From assembly GCA_038253645.1 (NCBI GenBank), contig JBBSGY010000001.1:1-29217 (forward strand): a stretch of 29,217 nt of DNA. Direction: 5' to 3'. The DNA is from Acidimicrobiales bacterium (GTDB lineage: Bacteria > Actinomycetota > Acidimicrobiia > Acidimicrobiales > JBBSGY01). Made by a program: the position numbers and the translations under genes. Shown here piece after piece: positions 17,113 through 24,934 of the stretch. Numbering within the stretch: the stretch's first letter is position 1; each line of letters opens with the position of its first letter. The notes under the pieces were generated by a model. That model had not been told where the DNA came from and searched no databases. It saw only the letters and a list, made by a program, of their open reading frames with translations.

Positions 17113-17293
17113 CTAGGAGCCTGGGTCAGTAATGCCGCACGGCCACGCCGAGCGCTCGACTGCGTTGAAGAACCTCCGAAAGTGCTCCGCACTTACGGAG
17201 AACCTTCGCCTTGCGTGCACTCACCGTGACTCGCCGATGCACCACATCTCTGATGTGCCAGAGGCACGCCTGATTACTGACCCAGGCTCCCAG
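17113..17293. mobile_element. MITE-like element, 173 bp, with perfect terminal inverted repeats
   Basis: ggagcctgggtcagtaat (17116-17133) is the exact reverse complement of attactgacccaggctcc (17273-17290). Flanks are CTAG/CCAG; no transposase inside. Confidence 0.65.
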
Positions 17294-17305
17294 GCCTACG
17301 CCTAC

Positions 17306-18400
17306 CTATTCTCGAAAGCGGTCGCCACCGTCGGCTGAAGGCGGATTCTCCTCGTCGTCCTCGTCGTCCTCGTCGTCCTCGTCGTCCTCGTCGTCCTCGT
17401 CGACGTAGATGACCTTCTTCTTTCGCTTCTTTTTCCTGCCCTTCTTCGCAGCGCGCTTGATGAGCTTCTTGCGCACGATGAGAAGGATTATGAGTAAGAC
17501 GAGCGCGCCGATAGCGGATAGAGCCCATACGGGCGCTGCGTAGAAGTCTGCATTCGAGGCCATGGCATGGCCTTCTTTTCCGTATGTGACTGTGGCCACT
17601 GCGGAGTAGTGACCCAACGGCGACTGGTTTTTCCAGTGTGCGCGGTAGATGCGGTTTGAGTGCGGGAGAACGTTGCCCGGTGATTCGACTTTGAGCTTTG
17701 CAGCTTCCTTGCCGAATTGATCTTTCAGCTGAACCGTGATGAATGGCTTTTCGGCAATGTTGCCGTCGTTGCGGAGGTTGACCGCAAAATCGATTGGGCC
17801 CTTCATGAAGAACTTCTTCTCGCGACGCAATGCGTTCTGCCCGGTACCGGTCTGCACGGAGAAGTCGGCGATCGACAGTTTCTCGGAAACCGCCCCCGCG
17901 ACATTCACCAGGATCAGAGCCGTTATCGCAGGGTCGATTTTGACCTCACCGGTGGTCGCAAGCTTCGCCGGGTGAACAGTGAGTGCTCCGAAGTGACCAC
18001 CCGGCGACGCCGTTTTCGGAATGTTGATACTCAGGACGACGCTTACAGACCCGCCGTTTGCCTTGATCGTCGCGTGAGTTGGATCGACACTCATCCAGGA
18101 CGACATTTCGTAGCCGGTCTTGTCGTTGGTGAATACCGGCTGATCACCCTCTGCGCCGCCGGCGGTGAAGTTCGTCATCTCCGTCGTGAACTCTTGGTCT
18201 ACGTCGGCGTTGTTGTAGGCATCGAACTTGCGCTTCAGAGTTTCGCCCGGCTTGCCGTTGAGTTCGGCGGTCGGGGGCGAGATTGCAAAGCCCCCCTGGT
18301 TCTGGGCAGATGCGGGGTCGTGGGAGGCTCCGAGCGGCACCAAAAGACTCAACAGGACGAGCGCGGTTCCAATTCGTACGAAACGGCTGAGTGTGTGCAC
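17306..18400 (-). CDS. Membrane-anchored surface protein, DUF916/DUF3324 (WxL-interacting, CscA)-like
   Basis: Signal peptide, AISPPTAEL, INIPKTASPGGHFGAL, NDGNIAEKP, VLPHSNR, LGHYSAVATVTYG, a C-terminal TM helix and a basic then acidic tail. Confidence 0.7.
   Translation of the reverse strand: MHTLSRFVRIGTALVLLSLLVPLGASHDPASAQNQGGFAISPPTAELNGKPGETLKRKFDAYNNADVDQEFTTEMTNFTAGGAEGDQPVFTNDKTGYEMSSWMSVDPTHATIKANGGSVSVVLSINIPKTASPGGHFGALTVHPAKLATTGEVKIDPAITALILVNVAGAVSEKLSIADFSVQTGTGQNALRREKKFFMKGPIDFAVNLRNDGNIAEKPFITVQLKDQFGKEAAKLKVESPGNVLPHSNRIYRAHWKNQSPLGHYSAVATVTYGKEGHAMASNADFYAAPVWALSAIGALVLLIILLIVRKKLIKRAAKKGRKKKRKKKVIYVDEDDEDDEDDEDDEDDEENPPSADGGDRFRE
17351..17402. repeat. 9-bp coding tandem repeat (ctcgtcgtc)5.8 encoding (EDD)n
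   Basis: Five perfect units plus 7 nt read directly. Confidence 0.95.
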
Positions 18401-18510
18401 AGCCTGAGCCTACGTCCGTCGCCGCCGGCCCCGCTGGGATGGGCCAGGCCTGACGCGTGAAGACCCGCCGGACACGCGCCTGACGGGGCTTCTGTCTTTG
18501 TCCGGTCTGT

Positions 18511-19587
18511 CTAGAAGGACCCTGCCACGTTGTAGCGGACGTTGGTTGAGTAGGTGTCAGCCTTTGTGTTACCTGCTGTTGATGCCTCGAAGGCAATGCA
18601 GTTGGTGTCACCGACGGCTGCGGGAGTTGCGGCGTTGCGCATGAGCTCGTATTGCGTGGTGCTGAGACCTGCAAACTTGCTCGTGTGGAATCGGCCGGCA
18701 GTACCCGAAAGCGAAGCGCTCTGGGTCGTGTAACCGAATGCTTCTGTACCGTTGGACGGCCATACCGCAGGCGATGCGTTGGTGCCGGTCATGTCGGTGA
18801 AGGCTGCAGCCGTCGCCGCTCCGGTCATTGCACCGCTGTACGAGATGTACGTGGTGTAGCCACCGTTTGCGTTCGTTTGCACGTTCAGGTTCTGTCCGGC
18901 GATCGGGTGAGCAGTGGTTGCTGCGATGTGACCGAGCGGAATTGCGTTCGACGTGCTGGCAACAGTCGTTGTGACGTCGCCACACGCTGTGGTGGCGGCA
19001 ACCGTAGTGATCGTCAAGCTGAGTGACGGGTCAACGGTGACCGAAGCAACCTGAGCCGGCGTGGTCTCGAAAGCCGAAACAGTTGCGGCGTCACGAGTCG
19101 CACCCGCACACGCACCCGACGAACCCGTACCTGCGGTGTCGTAGGTTGTGAGGGTCTCGTAGTAGGTCGCACCTGCTGCAGTTGACGAGTTTGTCGCTGC
19201 ACCGAGGACCAGTGTTGTCGGACCTGCGCCAGGCGTAACACCCGTTGCCCAGTTGAACACGACGATGCCTGAAGCAACCGAAGTCGCGTCACGCGTCCAT
19301 GTACCACCGAATGTACCGGTAAGGGTCGTCGAGCCGAGGCCCATACCCGTAGGCAGACCACCCGTGCCGTCGGCATTGACCGACATAAGGATCTTGACGC
19401 ACTTGACCGAGGCTGCCGTTTGGTAGCCGGTCCATGTCCATGTGTAGCTCGCGGTTGCGCTCGGTGTCGGGTCAGATATCTGAACCGAAACGTTGGTAAT
19501 AGCAGCGCTTGCGGGCGCAGCCATTCCAGTGACGAGCAGCGCAACGCTGCACGCAAATACTGCGAGCTTCCTGCTCATCGATCTCAT
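18511..19587 (-). CDS. Secreted Thr/Ala/Gly-rich two-domain protein with a WxL-like C-terminal domain
   Basis: SD aaggag, signal peptide ending APASA. C-terminal pattern VSVTVDPSLSLTI...LNVQTNANGGY...TEAFGY...YSTNVRYNVAGSF. Several Cys. Confidence 0.72.
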   Translation of the reverse strand: MRSMSRKLAVFACSVALLVTGMAAPASAAITNVSVQISDPTPSATASYTWTWTGYQTAASVKCVKILMSVNADGTGGLPTGMGLGSTTLTGTFGGTWTRDATSVASGIVVFNWATGVTPGAGPTTLVLGAATNSSTAAGATYYETLTTYDTAGTGSSGACAGATRDAATVSAFETTPAQVASVTVDPSLSLTITTVAATTACGDVTTTVASTSNAIPLGHIAATTAHPIAGQNLNVQTNANGGYTTYISYSGAMTGAATAAAFTDMTGTNASPAVWPSNGTEAFGYTTQSASLSGTAGRFHTSKFAGLSTTQYELMRNAATPAAVGDTNCIAFEASTAGNTKADTYSTNVRYNVAGSF

Positions 19588-19682
19588 TCCATGCTCCTTA
19601 AGGGATGCGAACGCATTGATGCGCCACGCCTTTTCGACTTACTCCAGACTCATCGGCAGGATGCGGGACCGGATTGAGGCCG

Positions 19683-19701
19683 GATTGAGAATCTCTCAAT
19701 C
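19683..19701. promoter_or_regulatory. Perfect 8-3-8 palindrome in a divergent promoter region
   Basis: gattgaga-atc-tctcaatc, preceded by a related half-site ccggattgagg, between the surface operon and rpsT. Confidence 0.45.
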
Positions 19702-19763
19702 GATTTCTCGGAATGACCAGGGCGAACACGGCATTGGTCCAGGTGAGATAACGTGTGCGGGCC

Positions 19764-20036
19764 ATGGCGAACATCAAGAGCCAAATCAAAAGAAACCGTA
19801 AGAACGAGCAGCTCCGGCTGCGCAACAACGCTGTGCGCTCCGAGCTGCGCACACGCATCAAGAACGCAGTCACCACGGCCACCGCTGCAGACGGTGGTGC
19901 GGAGGCTCAGGCCGAGCTGCGCCTCGCCGTCAAGCGACTCGATAAGGCTGCGGCAAAGGGCATCATCCACAAGAACCAGGCTGCGAATCGCAAGTCCCGG
20001 TTGATGACCCGTATCAAAGCCGCCGCAAACTCCTGA
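19764..20036 (+). CDS. rpsT: 30S ribosomal protein S20
   Basis: MANIKSQIKRNR...NNAVRSELRTRIK...LDKAAAKGIIHKNQAANRKSRL. Confidence 0.98.
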   Translation: MANIKSQIKRNRKNEQLRLRNNAVRSELRTRIKNAVTTATAADGGAEAQAELRLAVKRLDKAAAKGIIHKNQAANRKSRLMTRIKAAANS

Positions 20037-20042
20037 GCCGAC

Positions 20043-20060
20043 ACCTACCTATAGGTAGGT
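20043..20060. other. Perfect 18-bp palindrome between convergent rpsT and menE
   Basis: acctacctataggtaggt; contains the menE stop codon. Confidence 0.8.
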
Positions 20061-21139
20061 CGCCTTACTTTTCCGCTGCCCGTTCGTGGCAGCTCTTCGA
20101 CGATCCTCAGCTCTCGGGGGGCGCAGTACGCAGGGAGCTGCTCCTTGACGAGTTCCCGCAGCTCATCGAGGTGCACATTTGCTCCGGTGGCTTCGATCGT
20201 CGCAATCACTCGCTGACCCCACTCGTCATCGGATTCGCCGGTTACGACAACGGCATCGATTCCTGGGTGGGCGGAAATGACCAGCTCCACGGCTTGCGGC
20301 CACACCTTCTCGCCACCGGTGATGATCAGCTCATCTGCGCGCCCTTCGATGGTGAGCTTGCCGTCACGGCCTATGCGCCCGGCATCGCCCGTTTTGAACC
20401 ATCCTCCGGCGTCGAGAGGGTCCGTACCGTCTCGGTAACAACGCAGCAAGGTAGGTGACTTCACCGAGACGATGTCATCGCCGTCCGAGCGAAGCTGCAC
20501 ACCACTCAATGGGTAGCCGTCGTAGACAATGCCGCTTCCCGTTTCGGTCATTCCATATGTGGCGACTGCGTTCGAGGGCTTCTCGGCCGGCACCGGGCCG
20601 CCGCCGAGCAAGATCTTTCTGAATTTGTCGGTGTTGATCCGACGCATCGCTGCGGTGACAAGAGAGACAAGGGTCGCGCCCGAATCCATCGCAGTATCAG
20701 CGTTGAACATCGGATGAACAGTGAGCCGGGTGCCTGTTAAAAGCGCCCTCGTCACGACCGACAGTCCACCTATGTGCGCCAACGGCAGGCAGGCAAGCCA
20801 GTGGTCGCCGGCCGTTACGCCGAGCGCAGCACTCGTAATTCGCGCGGATGTTTCCACCGCCGCGTGAGTAAGAACGACACACCGTGGTTCACCGGTCGTG
20901 CCGCTCGTGGCGATGACCACAGCGTCACCGTCTTCGATCGCGATTCCGCCTTCAAGGCTGTGGCGACCCTGTTCGTCGACGATCGCTGCTGCGCCGGCAG
21001 ATTGAACGACTTGCTCACGCATTCGTTGCGGCAGACGTTGGTCGACCGGGAAAATCGCGTCGCCTGCGTCCCAAGCCCTTTGGAGCTCATCGACAAATTT
21101 CGGTCCTGCCGGTAGAGCGATAGCCACGAGCTGTTTCAC
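20045..21139 (-). CDS. menE: AMP-binding enzyme, probable o-succinylbenzoate--CoA ligase
   Basis: TSGTTGEPR, WLACLPLAHIGG, YGMTETGSG, TGDAG, GRADELIITGGEKV and LPRTGSGKV. Neighbours are menA and menG, with menB in the window. Confidence 0.85.
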   Translation of the reverse strand: MKQLVAIALPAGPKFVDELQRAWDAGDAIFPVDQRLPQRMREQVVQSAGAAAIVDEQGRHSLEGGIAIEDGDAVVIATSGTTGEPRCVVLTHAAVETSARITSAALGVTAGDHWLACLPLAHIGGLSVVTRALLTGTRLTVHPMFNADTAMDSGATLVSLVTAAMRRINTDKFRKILLGGGPVPAEKPSNAVATYGMTETGSGIVYDGYPLSGVQLRSDGDDIVSVKSPTLLRCYRDGTDPLDAGGWFKTGDAGRIGRDGKLTIEGRADELIITGGEKVWPQAVELVISAHPGIDAVVVTGESDDEWGQRVIATIEATGANVHLDELRELVKEQLPAYCAPRELRIVEELPRTGSGKVRRPTYR

Positions 21140-21157
21140 AGCGGATAGCTTGCCCTC

Positions 21158-21724
21158 ATGTTGTCAGGTCTTGTGTATTTGCCCGATCCGGAGACTTCCG
21201 CACTCTGTGTCGAGTACGCGAACGAGGTGACCGAAGCAGGCGGAAGCCGCTCGAGCCTGGGGCCCGGCGGTATCCCGCACGTCAGCTTGATTCATACGAA
21301 TGCCGACATCGACCCTGAGGTCGCCTGGAAAGAAGCGGCTGCCTCAGTTCCGCCGACAGTCCGCATGAATACGAGCGGATTGGTTATCCAGCCGTATCCC
21401 AGGACCTACAACGGCCCGGACGACGAGGGGCCGGGAGTGCTTTCGTGGTTGCTCGTCATCCCCAGCGAAGACTTGCTTGGCGCTCGGGCGAAAGCAATGG
21501 AACTTTCGTGGGTGAAGGCGGGCCAGAAGTTGAACTCGGGGCCCGCATTCCAACCGCATCTGACGCTCGGCATCAGCGACGCATATCCGAATCCGGTGAG
21601 CCTGCCGCCTGAAATTCTCACGCGTATCGGAATCCACGGTCGTCTCGCGCTAGGTCGGATCGGCAAGCATGGTGTGTTTCAAGAGGTCTATTCGGTGTCT
21701 GAATCGCTGCTGAAGTGCCTGTGA
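21158..21724 (+). CDS. 2H phosphoesterase superfamily protein (2',5'-RNA ligase-like)
   Basis: Two Hx(S/T) motifs, IPHVSLI and QPHLTLG, about 94 aa apart in a 188-aa protein. Confidence 0.72.
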   Translation: MLSGLVYLPDPETSALCVEYANEVTEAGGSRSSLGPGGIPHVSLIHTNADIDPEVAWKEAAASVPPTVRMNTSGLVIQPYPRTYNGPDDEGPGVLSWLLVIPSEDLLGARAKAMELSWVKAGQKLNSGPAFQPHLTLGISDAYPNPVSLPPEILTRIGIHGRLALGRIGKHGVFQEVYSVSESLLKCL

Positions 21725-22608
21725 CGGCAACCGCAGAACATTGGTTCGCGGGAGCGTGGCTTGCCGGCGCGCGCCCGCGAACACTGCCCGCGGCGATAGT
21801 GCCCGTGGTCATCGGAACCGCTGTCGCCGGGCACGCGCATCCGCTGATTTGGTGGCGCGCAGCGGCAGCGTTATTCGTAGCCGTTGCACTGCAGATCGCG
21901 ACCAACTACGCGAATGACTACTCGGATGGCATACGCGGAACCGACAAGGAACGTGTCGGGCCGGTTCGACTGGTTGCGTCTGAACTTGCAACCCCGATGG
22001 CAGTCAGAAACGCAGCGTTCATAGCGTTCACATTGGCGGCAGCCGCCGGCACGGTGTTGTCGCTGGTCGTTTGGCCATGGCTCATCATCCTTGTCGGCAT
22101 TCCGTCGGTGCTCGCGGGTTGGTTCTACACGGGCGGGTCACGACCATATGGATATGCCGGTTTCGGTGAGTTGTCTGTCTTCGTGTTCTTTGGTCTGGTT
22201 GCGACACTCGGTTCTGAGTTCGTTCAAATTCACGCCGTGTCCCGACTCGGAGTGATAGCGGCGACATGTGCGGGCTTGCTTGCGGTCGCGCTGCTGGTCG
22301 TCAACAACCTTCGTGACATCCCAGGTGACACGGCAGCACACAAACGAACACTCGCCGTCCGCATCGGCGACCGTGCGACGCGATTTCTCTATGTGTGTTG
22401 CATCGGCATCCCGTTCGTACTTGTCGCGGCAAGCGCCTGGTGGCGGCCCGGGTTGATGTTCGCAATGATTGCTGTCGTCTTCGCCGCTACACCTGTGCGA
22501 ACCGTGTTGAACGGAGCTCGCGGGCGCGACCTCATCGCTGTGCTGATCGCGACGTCACGCGTGCAACTCGCTTTCGCAGCGCTATTCGCAGTAGGCGCCT
22601 ACATCTAG
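21721..22608 (+). CDS. menA: 1,4-dihydroxy-2-naphthoate polyprenyltransferase
   Basis: ARPRTLPA, NYANDYSDG, VNNLRDIPGD and KRTLAVRIG; multiple TM helices; GTGA overlap with the upstream stop. Confidence 0.95.
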   Translation: MTATAEHWFAGAWLAGARPRTLPAAIVPVVIGTAVAGHAHPLIWWRAAAALFVAVALQIATNYANDYSDGIRGTDKERVGPVRLVASELATPMAVRNAAFIAFTLAAAAGTVLSLVVWPWLIILVGIPSVLAGWFYTGGSRPYGYAGFGELSVFVFFGLVATLGSEFVQIHAVSRLGVIAATCAGLLAVALLVVNNLRDIPGDTAAHKRTLAVRIGDRATRFLYVCCIGIPFVLVAASAWWRPGLMFAMIAVVFAATPVRTVLNGARGRDLIAVLIATSRVQLAFAALFAVGAYI

Positions 22609-22617
22609 CCCGCCCCT

Positions 22618-22668
22618 GCTTTTCATGAGCTACAGGTGCCTATAAGGCACCTGTAGCTCACGAAAAGC
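22618..22668. repeat. 45-51-bp REP-like palindrome, copy B
   Basis: gcttttcatgagctacaggtgcct-ata-aggcacctgtagctcacgaaaagc; one mismatch in 24-bp arms. Confidence 0.85.
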
Positions 22669-23347
22669 GGCGGGTCGCGGTGAACAGGTGCACAACACCG
22701 CCCGTGTACGTCTCGCGAACGACGTCCTTAAATCCGGCGGCGGCAATATCGTCGAGGATCCGGTCGATCGGTGGCAGGTAATCGAGTGATTTCGGCAAGT
22801 ATCGATAGGCGGAAGGGTCAGATAAGAGTGCGCCGACGCGTGGCACGACTTTGCCGAAGTAGAGACCGTGGCCCCATCGAAGCGGGGCGAATTCAGGTTG
22901 GTACGCGTCGAGCAGCAGCATACGGCCGCCGGGTCGTAAAACGCGGCCGAGCTCGGAGAAGAAGACAGGCAGGTCAAGGAGATTTCGCAGTGCGAAGCCG
23001 CTGGTCACGCCATCAATCGAAGCATTTGCAAATGGGAGGCGCAGCGCGTCTGACTGAACGAGCGGCGCAGTGGTGCGGGCGTTGGCGAGCATTCCGTAGG
23101 AAAGGTCGATGCCGATCGGTTGATGTCCGAGCGCTGTCAACAACCTGCAGTAGTCGCCCGTTCCACAGGCAAGGTCGAGCACGGTGGAGCCGTTCTGAAG
23201 TTGTAGGCGCCGCATCGAGCGCCTGCGCCAGAGCATGTCGAGACCGAGCGTCATCACTTTATTGACGAGGTCGTAGCGCGGCGCAATCGTGTCGAACATC
23301 TCGCGAACTGCCGCGACCTTTTCGGTGCCGCGGGGCAATTGCGTCAC
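22658..23347 (-). CDS. menG: Demethylmenaquinone methyltransferase (UbiE/MenG)
   Basis: MFDTIAPRYDLVN, VLDLACGTGD, DALRLPF, FALRN and YRYLPKSL. GTG 23347 overlaps the upstream stop (GTGA). Confidence 0.9.
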   Translation of the reverse strand: MTQLPRGTEKVAAVREMFDTIAPRYDLVNKVMTLGLDMLWRRRSMRRLQLQNGSTVLDLACGTGDYCRLLTALGHQPIGIDLSYGMLANARTTAPLVQSDALRLPFANASIDGVTSGFALRNLLDLPVFFSELGRVLRPGGRMLLLDAYQPEFAPLRWGHGLYFGKVVPRVGALLSDPSAYRYLPKSLDYLPPIDRILDDIAAAGFKDVVRETYTGGVVHLFTATRRFS

Positions 23348-23532
23348 GTCGGGACGGCGTGGCAGCTGGGGCAACTCGCGTAGGCGCGAGATATGGGTCG
23401 TTCGCAAGTCTGGCAATGTGCGACGTTGACTCGTCCGTGACGAATTCGATTGATTGCGGCAACGAGCGTTGCGCCGGTCGAAAACACGATCGCGAACTCA
23501 AGAGCATCGCGAAGGAGATTGCCTGCAGTCAC
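23344..23532 (-). CDS. 62-aa membrane-anchored zinc-ribbon peptide
   Basis: Hydrophobic helix, then CQTC-x10-CPSC. GTGA overlaps at both ends with neighbouring genes. Confidence 0.7.
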   Translation of the reverse strand: MTAGNLLRDALEFAIVFSTGATLVAAINRIRHGRVNVAHCQTCERPISRAYASCPSCHAVPT

Positions 23533-23867
23533 TTGAACCAGAGTTTTTGATAGCTACGCGTCATCGGGTGCAGCAACAGAACAACGAGAAGTCCGCGGAA
23601 CATGAGCGAGATGAGCCCGTAGAAGTTGAGCCCCACAATGAAAGCGAGAAGGAAGTTTACAATTGAAACGCCGAGGCCGAGGTACCAACCCCACCTGCGA
23701 TCGTTGGCGATTCCGTAGGCTGCGCCCGCACCGACGACGCTGATGATTTCGAGTGGAGAGCCGGCGATGAAGTAGAAGACGCCAAACGCTGCGTTTAGAT
23801 ATAACAGGATGCAAGCGAACTGCAAGGTCTGTGGCTGAGTGGCGTTGAACCACTTTTTTTGATTCAT
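23529..23867 (-). CDS. Hypothetical membrane protein (112 aa, 3-4 TM)
   Basis: MNQKKWFNATQPQTLQ...GIANDRRWGW...LLLHPMTRSYQKLWFK; hydrophobic; starts 5 bp after the rlmN stop. Confidence 0.8.
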   Translation of the reverse strand: MNQKKWFNATQPQTLQFACILLYLNAAFGVFYFIAGSPLEIISVVGAGAAYGIANDRRWGWYLGLGVSIVNFLLAFIVGLNFYGLISLMFRGLLVVLLLHPMTRSYQKLWFK

Positions 23868-23872
23868 GCGCC

Positions 23873-24934
23873 TCAGTCTGCCTTCTCGTGAGGCCGGGCC
23901 TGGAGCACTACAGGGCTCTTTGGGGGGACTCGTGCCGCAAGCTGGCCACACGCTGCATCGATGTCGACACCTCTGGTGTCTCTGACGGTTGTATTCACGC
24001 CACGATCACTCAGATTCTTCACAAACCTGTTGACCGATTTGCGAGGTGAACCCATCACGAGGTAGCCCGGCGTCGGGTTGAGCGGGATGACGTTTACGTG
24101 CGCACCGAGGGGTGCCGCAATTGCTGCGAGCTCGTCTGCATCCGACTCGCGGTCGTTGACATTGTCGATCAGTGCCCATTCAAATGACACTCGCCGGCCT
24201 TTTACATCCATGTAATCGCGACACGCGTCGATGAGTACATCGAGCGGATAGCGGTCGTTGAGTGGAACGAGGCTGCTGCGCAATGTGTCATTCGCAGCGT
24301 GCAGCGAGACCGCGAGGTTTACAGGTAGGCGTGCTTCGGTGAGCTTGCGAATGCCGGGGACGACGCCGACCGTCGACACGGTTATGTTGCGCGCCCCCAG
24401 CCCGATTTCGTGATGCAACTTTTCGATGGCACGCCAAACGCGATCGAAATTCGCCAGCGGTTCGCCCATTCCCATGAACACAACGTTGGATACGCGTCGA
24501 TCACCCGCGCGTTGTTGCGCGCGAACGTATTGTTCGACGATCTCGCCGGTCGTTAGCTGACGGTCGAAGCCCGCTTGGCCGGTTGCACAGAATCCGCAGC
24601 CCATTGCGCAACCTGCTTGGCTCGAGATGCAAACGGTGCTGCGGTCTTCGTAGTGCATTAACACCGTTTCGATACGGCGCCCGTCGTGCAGCTCGAAAAG
24701 CCACTTCGTTGTGTCGTCGTTGTCAGTAGAGGATTCGACGACCGGGTGAAGCGAAGGTTGAAGTTCATCGATGTCGGCGAGACGTTCACGCAGCGTTTTT
24801 GGCAATGACGTAAGTGCAGCGGGTTCGGCGAGTTCTGAATAAAGGCCATGCCAAACCTGATCGACGCGAAAGTGCGGTTCCCCATCGAGGAGAGCCGCGA
24901 GCTCATCGCGTGAGAGGTCGTAACGTGTGGACAC
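23873..24934 (-). CDS. rlmN: 23S rRNA A2503 C2-methyltransferase (radical SAM)
   Basis: CISSQAGCAMGCGFCATGQ, VFMGMGEPL, LAVSLHA and IDAACGQL. Start set at GTG 24934; the ORF-track extension overlaps the VIT gene. Confidence 0.95.
   Translation of the reverse strand: MSTRYDLSRDELAALLDGEPHFRVDQVWHGLYSELAEPAALTSLPKTLRERLADIDELQPSLHPVVESSTDNDDTTKWLFELHDGRRIETVLMHYEDRSTVCISSQAGCAMGCGFCATGQAGFDRQLTTGEIVEQYVRAQQRAGDRRVSNVVFMGMGEPLANFDRVWRAIEKLHHEIGLGARNITVSTVGVVPGIRKLTEARLPVNLAVSLHAANDTLRSSLVPLNDRYPLDVLIDACRDYMDVKGRRVSFEWALIDNVNDRESDADELAAIAAPLGAHVNVIPLNPTPGYLVMGSPRKSVNRFVKNLSDRGVNTTVRDTRGVDIDAACGQLAARVPPKSPVVLQARPHEKAD

Noticed and set aside
17132-17338. 68-aa ORF inside the MITE-like element as a transposase remnant
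   Set aside because: No recognisable DDE/HUH/HTH motif in any frame.
18511-19587. Lipoprotein (VFAC) or sortase substrate
   Set aside because: The Cys is too early with a non-canonical lipobox, a clear AxA SPase I site follows, and neither gene of the pair has LPXTG.
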